A DNA stretch of 64,000 bases. It comes from Bugula neritina. Its lineage: Eukaryota > Animalia > Bryozoa. The stretch covers positions 21,671,319 through 21,735,318 of the forward strand of contig OZ037768.1 of NCBI GenBank assembly GCA_964035545.1. Direction: 5' to 3'. Position 1 is the first letter of the stretch, and each line of letters starts with the position of its first letter. Of the stretch, positions 49,142 through 63,500 are shown one piece after another. A model generated the notes under the pieces. It had not been told where the DNA came from, searched no databases, and worked only from the letters and a program-made list of their open reading frames with translations. Made by a program: the position numbers and the translations under genes.

Positions 49142-52100
49142 TCAAGTGTTGACATCTCGTATGTCGATAGCAACGTGTGGAATATTCAGAGATGGCGGAA
49201 GGCCGCCATTCCGCTGTTGCAGAACCCTCAAAATTGCTGTAATATCTGCGGATAGCCTCTGTTCCATGCTGTTTAGCTGCCTACAAACATGTGATACACT
49301 GAGTATGCCCATTCATGTTGAACAGTAGTCTATGGAAATCATGAGCTTTTCATATAATTATTCAGTAAACCAAGTATGTTTAAAAACTCAACCAAAAGAA
49401 AACTAAAATTAGAGAAAAAGAAACATAAAGTAGTTTTAATGTTTTCCTTACATTTTTCTTTCCCCACTAAAAAAATTCAACAACCGCTGTAACAGTTTCG
49501 TAATTTTAGCATTACACCACAGCTGTTCAAACTATTTAAATGCACAGTAAAAATATATAGAAAAAGGTAAATGCTTCCACAATACAAGTTGCCAGAACTC
49601 AAGCAGTAATTCAAGTGTATAATATTTCTATATATAGAATGAGACTTACGAAGTTAAGGAATTTAATCTGTTCTCAATCTGGATAGCATTAGGTTCTGAC
49701 TTGGACTTTGTTAAGCCTGAGTTTCTATCTTCCTCCGACTGGCCAATTGAGAGCTGGGATTCATCCGTGACCATCAGGTTTGTAGATAGAGTTTGGTTGC
49801 TAGGGTCAGATTGAATGGAAGTGTGTTTCTTTGGCGTACCCAAAGATCTAGGCTAAATATACATCACTGAACATCCAAGTAACAGATTTTCCAAATTTTT
49901 TTAATTGGTTATACAACTTTTGGTTATAATTAAAATGTAATTATTTTCTCACACAAAATCTATATCTTTGAGATTGAACACTGAATTACTGAGCATTAGA
50001 TGAGTTATATGTGCATTTAGTATGAAATGAGTAATTAAAGTTACTACCAGCATAATATACAGAAAAAGATTGAGTCTTTATGACATAGGAGGAAATGTAT
50101 ACAACATATATTATAAATTGGAGTACTAATACAAATAGAAGAGCATGGAAGTTTCCAGTGTGGGAGGTTACGAATAAAGGAGAGTAGTACAACACCGTAC
50201 AGTTTAATTACAACCTACCAGACGCAAACCAACTATATGTCCAGATTTAGCCTACAAGCAGCCGTACAAAACCTCATTCGCTATGCTTGACAACATTACG
50301 TTGACACGAGCAGTCCATTTTAAAATTAAATAATATTCCAGAAATATTAGTAAGCGAGGTATTTTACATTGTATAACCCATACTTATATCAAAAAACAAA
50401 TATACTAATGTTAACTAGCTGAATGGTAGCATTACACTTAAAATTTCCAATAGCAAAATATTTATTTTAAAATGAGCATGTTTGGTTTAAAGATGCCAAT
50501 TTTAAAAATTTAATCAGTGTGTTCATATTGCTTGAGTTGTTTATACATGGTTTGCCATATATTCGAGTGAACAACCATGTTAGAGGTGCTGGCTTTTATT
50601 TCTTATAAACTGAAGCCACAACCAGCAATAGGTTGCTAGTACATTCAGAACGAAGACTTGAAATGATGAAAATTAATAAATATCATATTTGCAAGCTGCT
50701 ACAATGATTCTGCAATATATAAATTATATTCAAAAAAAGCTAGTGGAATATAATTTCTTAGTTACATAAACATAAAATAGTAATCACCAAAAGGAAAGTT
50801 TTATTATTGAAATTTAAAAGTGAATGCCTCCCCAATAAATAATTTAGGGTATAAGTTTCTACAATGCTCCACTATACTAATTAGAATTCAGATTAGATAT
50901 AGTCTAGATTAAACGTATAGATTAGATAAAGTATAAATTAGAAAGAGTGTAGATTAGATAAAGTATAGATTAGATATAGTATAGATTTCATATAGTCTAG
51001 ATTAGATATAGTATAGATTAGATATAGTTTAGATTAGAAGTATAGATTAGATATAGTATAGATTAGATAAAGTATAGATTAAATATGGTTTAGATCATAG
51101 ATAGATTAAATATAATCTAGATTATAGATAAATTAAATATAGTATAGATCACATACACTAGAAGGTGGTTCTGATATCAACCCTTGTGACTCCTCATCAT
51201 GTTTCTTCTTCTCTTTCATAGCTCTCATGCCACTCATTAGTGCTTGTCCCATTGGTCCTAGTTCTACAACATATCCCTTTATATACTCACCTAGTTTCTA
51301 ATACATCACACTAATAACATGCAATAACTTGCTGAATTCCTTCACTCCACTTAGTATAACATATTCAACAGCATATACAATATCATTACAAGCTTGAAAC
51401 AAATAACAAGAATATCTGAGACTTACTGAAAAGGATAGTTTACAAGATGTCTTAATTACTTGAAACTGTCAATTTCTATTGACCTTATAGAGTGTTGAAA
51501 TCAAATCGAATGTTGTTGGTCGTAGCTATAGTAAGCTGATAGCTCTATAACTTGCTGAGTACAACATAACAAATCTCCCACAAGTCACTATCGCTGTGAG
51601 AAAAGGCTCTATGGAAAGACTATTTTTTAATCAGGCGAAAGACTTATTTATATGTAATGCAGGAGCAATTATGACTGGATGCTCTATCTAACATCATCAA
51701 TGGCCTATACTGGGATTCGAACCTATGACTTGGTGTCTATTAAGCCAGCGCTCTAGCCCCTGCTACCTTCACTTGAGTGTGACATAAACTTCTACCAGTT
51801 AACTTACAGTAAGTAAGTTTATACCAGGAATACTTACTCAGTCTGGAAGAAGATAGTTTGGGGGATGCAGCTGGAGACTCCTTAAAGTCCAGACCCAGAG
51901 GTGTAACATCCAGGCCAGCCCGAGCCGTAGTGAGCTCTAGAATTCCGGCACCACTGCTCTTCTTGTCGTCTACTTCCGCTGCACTTCTGGCTTTAGTGAG
52001 TGGCGTGGAGGTGTTCAGTGGGTGGGTGGCGCATGTGTTGGGGTTCTTGTCACACGTACAGTTTTTCTTTCCAGCTATAGAATCCACAATGAAATATGAT

Positions 52101-55100
52101 TCACATGATGTAATAATATGATGAATAGAGTTATCCTTATTTTAGTTTTTTAGTAGCAATTCCAAAACCACCATTTTATCAGTGAATAAGCATTCATCCA
52201 GTTATAGCATATACACATGCTTAATTTTCAAAAGTTTTTTTTTTCTTTTTTTTAGTGTTTCAAATATCATATTATATTAAAAGTATAAGGTAGCCGGTTA
52301 CAAAACTGCACAATCCCATGTAAATATGATTCATCAAGATTACTTGGTTACTTCACCAATCAGAAGAAAAGCCTGGCATAGCCAGATCTACCCAGAACTT
52401 CTATGTAATAGATATTTTGTAACTTGTAACTGTTACAGTATTTAAACTAGCGAAATCTCCAAGTATATAAAGTAGCGACTAATGGGATTTAAAATGGTAG
52501 CTACAAAACAATGCTGCCTGTCTAACCTTCATATACACAACAACTTGAAATAAAAATATTTTTAAAATAGTGGACAAATAGCAAAACAAATGCTTCTAGA
52601 GATCTCCAGAAGTCCTAGAATATTGTGAAGGTCGACTTCTGGGACCATAAGAGTTTGATGATGCGTCACCATTGTTTATATGAGAAGGGAATGAAGTAGT
52701 GCAGAGGCTTTAAGGAATTAAAGAGTCCATAAATTCATCAAATTCAAAGTGATGTGAAAGATTGAACGACCAACTAGTTCTGTAATGGTCAAGAAGTGGT
52801 TGTTCAACGCTCAAAACATGGAAATCAAAACGACTTTACTGATGTACAGGATGCAGTTCTGTCTTGTATTACTAGAATGGTAAAGTGGAATGGTAAATGG
52901 AATAGCTGTAAAGCTGCTTGTAGAAGATTCAACATGTAAGAATGTGCAGAGATTTTGAGGAAGGCCAAGTGATTTAAATGGCAATATTTTGAATTGTTAG
53001 TAATTATTTAAGTCATTTAAAATGGGTTGGATATTAGTTATCAATAAACAAAACAAAACCAAATATAAACACTCTACAACAATGTAAAAATAATAATGGG
53101 AGCCATTTTGAATATGAAATAAAAATGGGACTGGTAAGGGGGATTTTAAAAGAGTGGTGAAAGAAAAAATACATATATATTTTATTCTTAAACTGATTTT
53201 TTACTAAAGTGGCATAACAACATTACATGCTAATCAAACAAATTTTACCATACAAAAAACAAATTGACATGTTTATTATACAACTAACCACTCATTTTTT
53301 TAATTGAACTAAACTTAACTATGGCAATAAGCAATAGCTGAAGATCTTAAAGGGACCACTACTATGCGAGAAGGGGTAGGAGGGACTCACCAGTGTCAAC
53401 ACAACTACATTTGTAGTTCTCAGCCTCCAATGGGTCTATAATAATATTGTAGCTTAACAAATAGCACAAACACTGCAGTTTAAATATAGTCAGCAATCTA
53501 CAAGTGTAGAGTGAACTGAAAAGGTGCATGTGTGGAGTAGTAGGTCTGTCATAAATAATAAGGGCGCAGCAAATAAAAGTATTGAATCACTTTTAACGAT
53601 ATCTTTATTTGTACAATCATGGGAGAAATCATTTAGATATTATAACATGAGAGTTTCGAAAATTAGTTTTACCTGCAATCTTCTTGAATAACATCTTCCA
53701 ACGAGCTTTACCAGAATTCCCTAACTCATCGTCTGGGTCACCGATGGTAAGCTCCTCCTACAAGGGAAACCAGACAGGTTAGAAAATACTTTCCACTCAA
53801 CAAATATAGTTTTCTTTGAACAGAAATAATGTAAATAGTGTTAGTTGTAGTTAGAAAAACTAAAATGAACGATTATGCATATTTAAAGATACCATGCAAT
53901 TATCAAGGTTATACTGTATTCCACTCTGAGCCTTCATTGAATAACAAATTAATTATGGTGATGTCTTTGTACGACAGAAAACTTCAAAAGAACTTCTTTC
54001 ACAAAATTATTAAAAATACGAAAATAACAATATGGTAATGTAGACATTTCGAAAATTATAGTGGCATGCATTGGTGACTGTCATCTAATATACGAGCACA
54101 TAATTTGTGACAAAATTACTGATAATGTGTGGGTAGGTGTGTCTTGGGCACTTATAAATAATACAAGTTATTAAAATTATAGTAAATACTATATAAAACA
54201 TGTTGTCATACTAAAATGAAGTACATGCAAAAATTATCATTGCCAGGTGTGCTCTTTAGCTATACATAATAAAGTTATGTATAATTATACCACTCAACAT
54301 TATATAATAACATATAAGCCAGGTGATTTTATTACAGTGTGCAGAAAAACGTATAAATAAAGGAGCAACATTACCAGCCACCGAGTCTGTGGAATAAAGA
54401 TGAAGATAAAGAGCGAGATGCAGAGAGATAGAGGCAGGCTAACAGATCACATGACATTGAATGCTAGCAATCACAAATAAATGTCGGAACAAAATTTCAA
54501 AAATAAAACACTAGATAACAGACGGTACATTACTTGAGAGAGAAAACTGTCAGAGTCGGTCTCGTGGGAAACCATTCTATTCTGGAAATATGATCAACTC
54601 AGCTGCAACTAGTAATACTCATGATAACTGGTTACTATAGAACCCTGCCTTATAAGGGTTCAAACCCCACAAGCTTATGCATGTAACTCCCTGTGTAGAT
54701 GTGAATTTACACCACTTACTAATCTACATTAAATTCATTCTACAACAGTTTTCCAAGTATTTAGTCAAACGCAAGCATCAGTTTTTAAAAACAGAACTTT
54801 TTGATGGAAACTTTATGATTGAACATAAATTAACTAAAATTGATTTAATAATCAATCAATATTCAATACTATATACAATTGGAGCTTGTTTAGTTTTTTA
54901 AGGTAAATTACCTGTTAGCTTTATAAAGTGGTTGGGCTCATCATAATAACAGTACACTTCAACAAGTATGCATATTGCAAGTAAGGCTGTACAACAGCCC
55001 CATTTAGTTTGCTTATATTCTTTCGACAGAAAAATTATTTGAACATTGTTTTAGTAATGCCAACTTGTGTGTTAGATCTCACACAACTCAACAACTTTTG

Positions 55101-58100
55101 AAAGTTAGTATTGGAAACATGTTGATAAGAAAAGCACCTTATTAAGTGTGCGGAATAAAGCATTGCGTCATGTGACACATGTATGATCAGCCACGACAAA
55201 ATAATGACCAATCACCTGAAAGTTGACAATTTATATACAATCAAGTATTGTGCAATAGGTAGATTGAATTTAATGAACATAAAATAGCTTAAAGAAATGA
55301 AAGAAACTTTTTCAATTTCTTAAAACAGAGAGAGTTTTGTGTTATACATATTATAGAGCAAGCAACTGTTTAATATAATCATGTTAAACACATGTGTAAA
55401 GTGACTTGAACACAGAAATAAATAAATGCAAACCTGTTATTTTCACTCGAATACAGTTCTTGCATTTATTTAAATTTCTGAATTCAAAAATGAAGTCATA
55501 TATTGCTTTGAATAAATCTGAGAACAATAATTTGTGCTTTAAAACAAATATTAAAGAGTTGAGGTGTGATAAGTAGTTGAGCATGCAGTATACTTACAGT
55601 CAGGCACTCCTAGTAAACAAGTTAGTAAGGGAAATAATTAGACTCAGTAAAATACACACAGAATGTACAGACAGGCTGGTCTACATTAAAGATATTTTCA
55701 GCTAAGATGAAATAAATTTAAATGTTATAAAAAGAAGAAGAAAGTTAGAAACACAAGCACCAAGATTATATCCACTAACATTGGTTTGACTGAACTAAAA
55801 GCTATTACGAGCCACTTACTGGTTCATATCTTTTATAAGCTCAAATAAAACTATTTGCGATAAAATTTTAACTTCTAAAATTAGTAGAGGAGCCTTAGCT
55901 TAAAATTAGAAACTACAGGCTAGGAAAAATTAGCATCTGAAACACACATCTAGTAAGTCGCAGTGCAGTTACTAGGTTCAGTGGTAGAATTTAGGTAAAC
56001 ATCAGTCAAACACCGACTTGCCACGTTTTTAGAACATAAGACGCTTTGCATAATCCCTTTACTAAAATTTCTTTAATGTACACATAATGCAGTAGGAACT
56101 AAATATATTGTGTTTATACAATTTATATGTTTGATATAAGGTGATATTACGAAATTTCTTTGCTGAAATGCTTAAAAATTGCCTAATTGGTGTTATTTAG
56201 AGATATTGTCAATAGTATTTACAAAGAATCTTCTCATTTAGTTCAACTCCCAGCATCTTCTTCCTTTATTGTAATTCTACCACTGAACTAGCACTTTGAC
56301 TGTATTTTAGAACACTTACATCGCGCAGGTTGAACGTAACTTCCAAGTTACATTCAAATGTTTCGGCAAATTCCGGATACATCTCCAGAACGTCAATGAG
56401 GTCTTCTCTCAAAATCTTGTGGAGATCACAGTAGGTGAGAGCTCGCACATTGCAGCTCGACTTTCCCACGGTTTTATACCTGCAGATGTGCTCTCCAAAT
56501 ACATCTCCTTTTCCTGTCGACAGTATAGCAGCTAATAATGTTTACTAGTAAGTGTTTTAGAGGAGACAACTCTGTATGCAGTAGAAAAAGTTGCTGCAGA
56601 CAAGTATGCTTTTTCGAGAAGATAACTCTAAAATAATCATATGTCAGATAACACTACAGTAAACAGGCTACTATAGACAAGTATCTGTTTAATAGAAGAT
56701 AACTCTATATGCAGTAAACAAGGTACTGAATACAAACATTGTTTGAGAGAAGATAACTCCATACACAGTAAACAAAGTACTAAATACAAGCAATCATTTG
56801 AGAGAAGATAACCCTATACACAGTAAATGAGTTACCAAGGATAGCCATAACCAGGTCTTCACGGAGAATTTCAATGGAGCCCCTGGAGATAAAGTAGAGA
56901 GCGTTAAGGACATCTCCTCTGTGGACCAGAGTGTCACCAGGTGGTACATGCGTGGTGTGAAACTTCATAGACAGCGCCCGAAGGCACCCTGGGCTAGCAC
57001 CTGCAAAACAACAGTTCAATGTGTATAGAGCAAAAACAGGATAACTAAATGTTATAATACTTGTAAGGTGAGAGAACAGCTTAATTATAGAGTTGTCTGT
57101 TCGATGTCAACTGTGTTGACTTCACAGATAGTGACAGCTATAGCACTTTGACACACCATTTTGTCAAAAGGTTGAGTATATTATATATATAAAAGGAACT
57201 AAAGAAAAATGGACTGGAAAACTATTACACAATTGACTGGGAAAACCATTGCAAAATTACCAAAAAAAACTTTAATAATTTGATTATAATTTTTTGCTAT
57301 AGTAACCAAAACATAGTATAAGTACACTTGAAGCGCTGCAGAAGTCATAAATATAAGCAATAAATTGACTCTTTTGAGTTTATAATGCTATTTAAACATC
57401 TACTTTTTCTATAATAAGCAGCCAGACAAACCCGGAAACATCTGATACATACCGTTGAATGCAGGAGATTCACTGACTAAATTCTTGTTTAAATGAAGAC
57501 AAATATCGGCCTGCAAGCATTCTGGAAAACCTTTCAAAACCTGCAAAATACAGTCAAAACCATATTTAAAATCCAGTGAATAATTCAGACTATGATGGTG
57601 AAGTGAATCATAAGTCATTGGCCAAAACTTATAGCTTAGCCTGTATGTTGAAATTATATTACTATATTATTTAATATTAGAGAGTCAGGTTTGTGAAAAT
57701 CATTTCAATTGCTTTATAAAAAAAACATCAGTAAACTCTGTTGAGTTGTCTTTCCTTTAACAGCAAACCTATCTGTTTAAATTATGTAATCATAATGTAA
57801 TAATTTTAGTTTGTTGTACAAAAAACAGCTTTCAACGCTTAAAAATACGTACTTGGTTTTGTATAACATATTCAATTATTGTATAATATTTTTCAAAATA
57901 ATTTTAAACACAATCAGGCCTATATAAGTTATCAGCCTCTACTTATCCCTAGTAGCTGTGACATTCGTTTTAAGGCCTACCATATTCATATCGATGCCGT
58001 TGGTGTAGGTCCATGCATGCTGAAAATATTCTTCCAAACGCTGCCGCAAAGGGTGGGGAATTTGATGAAATCTAATAAATTCTTTGATGCGTGACATTTC

Positions 58101-60562
58101 GTTGTGATAGCGTGCTGTCCCAGAGTACAGACGTTGTATGATAGCGCTGACGTTTCCAAATATGCTTGCATACATCAGGGCTAAGAATAATAAACACGCT
58201 AATAAATATATAAAAAGAATTCTAGGAAAAGTCTTATGACTATAAATATCATTTCTGCCCATTGAGTTTTTCGGTTTACAGAGTTATATGTAGTAACACA
58301 GGTATTTGTTATTACTATTATTGCCACATGTGGATATTTACCATTTTAAGTTATTTAAAGGTTGAAATATATAGTATAATTATAATTGTAAGTTGAGGCC
58401 ATTGACATGCGAAATCAACTGAATATAATGCATATTGGCAAGTTTTATGATGCAAACCCAATCACAGTGGAATATACATGATTCATCATATAGCTGTTCA
58501 TCATTACAGCCAATAAGCAACACTTACAGCCAATGAGCAATACTTACAGCCAATGAGCAATACTTACAGCCAATGAGCAATACTTACAGCCAATGAGCAA
58601 TACTTACAGCCAATGAGCAATACTTACAGCCAATGAGCAATACTTACAGCCAATGAGCAATACTTACAGCCAATGAGCATAGAGCAAATAGAGAAGATCT
58701 TCTCAGCATTGGTGTTGGGTGCGATGTTACCAAAGCCTACACTGGTCAGACTGCTAAAGGTGAAGTAGAGTGCCGTGACGTATTTGGAATTCTTATCAGG
58801 TCCACTCCATTCTCCATTCTTATCTGACTCATTGTATGGCTGTTGGATCTACAAGCAACCAACTATATTATGTTTTTACAATAACTACTATTATTATTAA
58901 CTAATTACTATTACTATATTTTCACAATAATTACTATTATTATATCACTAATTATTATTAGCCTACTATATTTTCACAACAGTTACTACTATTATTATAT
59001 TTTTTCACATTAGTTAGTATTATTATATCACTAATTATTATTAGCCTACTATATTTTCACAACAGTTACTACTATTATTATTAACTAATTACTATTACTA
59101 TATTTTCACAATAATTACTATTATTATATCACTAATTATTATTAGCCTACTATATTTTCACAACAGTTACTACTATTATTATATTTTTTCACATTAGTTA
59201 GTATTATTATATCACTAATTACTATTAGCCTACTATATTTTCACAACAGTTACTACTATTATTATTAACTAATTACTATTACTATATTTTTTCACATTAG
59301 TTAGTATTATTATATCACTAATTACTATCACTCTATTTTCACCTTAATTAATATTAGAACGGAGAAAAAAGCAGTTACTGGGTTCGAGAAAGAAATCTTT
59401 AAAAATGGAGGTATATGGCATTTAATCACTCAAAATAATGATAGTATTACTAATATTTATCATAATATTCATTACGTATATTAGCAGTTTTTAGCAATCA
59501 TTTTCTAAAATTAAATTCTTATTTTCATATTTTCCTACCTGCTCACTCAGCATATCCAGCCAGCCGATTTTAGGCCCAGAACCTCTCTCCCCATTTCCAA
59601 TGGCGTACCAGACACACGCTAGCCAATGAGCAATCAGCGCAAATATGGCCATCATTAGAATGAGTACGGCACCTCCATATTCACTGTAACGATCCAACTT
59701 GCGTACAACACGAACCAATCGCAGTAGCCGTGCAGTTTTTAATAAACCTATTAGGGTGGTGGTCTACAACAGAGAGAAGTGATTTTATAGTACACTTGAG
59801 AAAGAATGTAATGTATTTAACTCTGTAAACCTCAATGATTGAACAGAAATATAAATAGTTACAGAGAAGTTAGGCTTGAATTCAAATGTCACACAAATAG
59901 TTTTTGCTTCTCAAAAATTTGAAGATTATATTACTCTACTTCAAATCGAAATGAGCAGTAATATCTGTATGAGTATATCACATAGACTTCAACTATGCTG
60001 AAAGATGCTATTTTCAGTTATATCATTGTGATTAAAGTTAAATTTTGAGATGCATAACTTCTATTATTACAATTTTCCTCTAAAATCTAGGTTTAGTAAA
60101 AACCCAGCTTGTATACTTCACCTCACGTTATGCTTTACTAACCTCATCTGACTCAAAGTTGAAGAGAAGTAAATCAAATGGAATAGCTGCCACCATGTCA
60201 ATTAGGAACCACCCCTTGAAGTAGTGTATAGCTATTTTTCCGTGGTGACTCACCACCTCATCATGTTTATTCACGTAAGTAGTTCTAAAGTTAATGATTA
60301 TGTCTAGTATAAAAAGAACATCTACTATTAAATCTGTTATAGTGAGGGGGTCATCGGTAAACTTGGACTTTCGGGCTTGATGGTCCTTACTAAGGAGGAA
60401 AGCTGCGACGTAAGGAGTTACTATTGCTGTGTATAATACAAGAAGTAGAATGAGCCAATCCCAAATGGCCTTGAAGGGAGAGTAGTGTAGGATGGTACAT
60501 TTGTGCATATGTGGTGATTGAAGCTTGTACTCAGGGATTGCATCAGTTCCCAGGGATAGGAC
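49142..60562 (-). CDS. ERG-subfamily voltage-gated K+ channel (KCNH2/6/7-like), 5' part unresolved; exons 60562-60143, 59763-59539, 58848-58668, 58180-57981, 57540-57453, 57000-56836, 56513-56320, 54581-54534, 53757-53673, 53435-53391, 52074-51838, 51263-51182, 49847-49650, 49280-49142
   Basis: [20 protein letters not shown] (S1), [20 protein letters not shown] (S3), [13 protein letters not shown] (S4), [19 protein letters not shown] (pore, GFG filter), C-linker/CNBHD ([26 protein letters not shown]), C-terminal coiled coil [28 protein letters not shown]. All phases are consistent. Confidence 0.95.
50880..51150. repeat. Degenerate 16-bp repeat (TAGATTAGATATAGTA)
   Basis: Directly visible, intronic. 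Confidence 0.85.
51583..51770 (-). mobile_element. tRNA-derived SINE, copy 2 (intronic)
   Basis: Minus strand: A-box-like GGTAGCAGGGG, B box GGTTCGAATCC, then a body similar to 34058-34256. Confidence 0.65.
54375..54386 (-). CDS. Candidate 12-nt microexon of the KCNH gene (TRWL)
   Basis: Long polypyrimidine tract ...ctctttatcttcatctttattccacag|ACTCGGTGGCTG|gtaatg, frame-preserving in a phase-0 intron. Confidence 0.55.
55598..55609 (-). CDS. Candidate 12-nt microexon of the KCNH gene (ECLT)
   Basis: Consensus branch point TACTAAC, ttgtttactag|GAGTGCCTGACT|gtaagt, frame-preserving in a phase-0 intron. Confidence 0.6.
58501..58680. repeat. 20-bp minisatellite (9 units) overlapping the KCNH pore-exon donor site
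   Basis: TACTTACAGCCAATGAGCAA repeated; the last unit contains the real exon end at 58668. Confidence 0.95.
58862..59335. repeat. AT-rich higher-order tandem repeat (~184-bp period built from shorter subunits)
   Basis: CTAATTACTATTACTATATTTT recurs at ~58901, ~59085 and ~59269. Confidence 0.8.
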
Positions 60563-63500
60563 CTGCAAAATTTTAGTAAATTATTAAAGACATTTTACGT
60601 AAAAAATTAATTGATACCAAGTATACATACTTATATTAATATTACAAGCCATACTATATCACAAAAAGAATTAGGAAAGTTTTTACATGAAAAAACAGCT
60701 TAAGCCAAAAATGTTTAAATTTTACATAAGAATTTACATGAAATACTATATGGAATGAAATAAAAAGTAGATCGTTTCAATTTAATAAAATTGTCTTGTT
60801 TTAAAGTTTAGTATGTTATCTACTTTCTGCATACAACCTTAAGTAACCTGTTTTACAAATGAAATAAATACCACCAGTTAAATGTTTTTATTTAACAAAG
60901 GTCAACACTAGCAGAATTACACTGCAATGCATTTTATTTGAATTTAGGTTCACCTTAAAAATAACCTAAAAAGTCAGTATTTTAAATTCATTCTTTCAAC
61001 ACATGAATTGACATGCTGAGTAATTCAGTAGAGCAGAAAATTCAGAAAAATAGCAGCAAAAATCAACACATAGCCAAAAGGGCACTTCTAACACTGCATT
61101 GTAAAGCCATACCACCATTTGAAAGTACAAGAAATAATCATATGGAAACATTTTTAGTGTATCTATAAATTTATATAACTTAGGATTATTTCGAAACTAT
61201 GATCTTGCAAAGAGTTGCTTTCAACACACAAGTTAAACATGTGTCAAGGTATCTACATTTCTGGAACAGTCAAAATTTCGAAAAATTTAACACAATTCAT
61301 TTATAGCAGCGATAACTGTAGTGTTGGAATTCCTCAGTAGTCCCCATAGTGTAATGGTGAACACGCTAGCTTGCAGAGGGGGCGGAAGTTTTTACAATAA
61401 CTTCATTGAGTGTTTCCTAAATTATTAGCAGTACAGCTGAGCTTGGTTCTTCCACAAACATACCAAACTAAGACATTTTAATGTGATAACACAGATAACT
61501 CCTATTTGCTACAGTTTTTTGTGAGAACCCAGATGGGAAGGAGTTGGGGGCTACAGACTGCCCCCTCCAACCATGCTGTCAACAAGGCTTGAATGCTTTT
61601 GATATGATAGAAAATCATTTAAGATAGGGTGCTCTTTCTGGCAACACCAATAGTTCTGCTGAGGTTTGGATCTTGAGAATAACACAATGTACTTTATGCT
61701 AGACTTGTATCTTCAACTGTAGAGCATGGATGCGCATTTAATATTGACACGAATACACACAAGTTAAATACAACGGTTTTACAAAACAGTTAGTTATTAT
61801 GAAAACTAGGTTATCTAATATATTATAGTATAAATGTGAGGTGAGCAAGTTAAAATGCACTTTACACCATAGAAGTAAAGTTGGTTTAATGTTATATCAC
61901 ACTTAAATTTAGATTTATAGGACCAATTGTGTCAAAATTTAAAAAAAAACTAAATTTATAGTTTTTAGTCAAAGGTAGACAACTTATGCTATGTACTTCA
62001 TGTACATACACAAGGTACAACTAAATTGAGTAAGTCACATTTGGAGCTGTTCAAAATACTCAATTACTATAAATTAATAAATAAACAAAATAATTCCTTA
62101 TCAAAAGTTTGAGTGTTTCTATTTACAGCCTACATCACTAATTAGTATAATTATAATACTCAGTCAAGTCAAACTCTAAAACTTTGCCTGTTTGGTGTTT
62201 TACCTGCATGAACCCGTTTGTTTTCTAATTGGGAGTTACTTAACCATGTAAACAATATGTTAATATAAGGAATGAGGAAGGTTAAGATTAAGCTTCAAGC
62301 ATAACATTCAAAACACAACTACCAATGGGTGACAATAGTTAGTTCACCTACCAATGCATCTTTTAACTGCAATGAGAAACACACCAGAACATGTATAATA
62401 ATAATAGCAGCTGAAAACCTAAATTTAAGAAAATAATGTAAACTAATATAAATATTGAAACTTTCTTTCTTGTATTGTTAGCATAGAACTTAAAGCAGAT
62501 TCTTGACTGCAGTTACGGGTTTCTGAAACAGTAGATATGTGTCTAGTTGAGTGACTCTCTAGTCTACATGTATATGTATGTTTATATATATATAACCCAT
62601 TAATGTGTAATGATATTCCTACATCACTCAAGTTACTTAAGTAGCTTCAAAGTCTACCGCCTTAGTGCAAACATACAAGTACAATCCAGACTATATAATA
62701 ATGTCAGCCAAAGTCATACATTATGCAATATATAGACATATGAAATGTAAAATTGCAATAAAGTTTCATGTTGAAATTAGGAGTTTTCTTTCCATTAAAT
62801 AAGAACTAAAAAAGACCAAACACATTAAGATTTCAATACAGCAAGACTTAGAGCTCATAGTATTCTATCACCACTGATACAACAATGGAAATGATACTAA
62901 CTCAACGAATTGGGTAGAAGGTTGCATCAAACAGTAACTACAGGAAATAGATAATTTGACTGTAATTGAAATTTAGTCACACATAATACAAAATAAAATA
63001 TAATAATAATAATGATTAGTAAACAACAGCTAAGCTTTGCCATTTTCATAATGTTTAGATTTCAAGAAAAATGATCAAAAAAGTAGACTGGCAAGTTTTC
63101 ACTAAAACAACTACCAAAATAAACGGTGGTGTGGTGGAAAACTTCGTAAAGCTATTCAATTTTCAAGTTTTTAGCAATGACTATGCAGAAAAACTTGATA
63201 CAATTTCAAAATGAGGCCTTTTAAATTTGTGATCTCAGTGACAACATTTAATTAATTTTTTTACTTCAATTTTCTAAGTTATACAAGATAAAACATATTA
63301 TAAGCTGCAAAATTCTATGATTTGATGAAGTTGAAATTCATTGTATATCAGCTTGAATTATCACTGAAATAAAACAATTTCTTTCTCAATAGTCCTATGC
63401 AGCACTTTTAATTTAATGAAGACTTTCCGCTAATCAACCTAATAATGTAATCATCCTGATAATGGGCATAAAATGCTAAATGGAATTTGAAAATGAAGTT

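Noticed and set aside
51700-51770. Functional tRNA gene (also 20370-20428 and the B-box-like GGTTCAAACCC near 54657)
   Set aside because: No complete cloverleaf or acceptor stem; the 51.7-kb copy continues into a SINE body.
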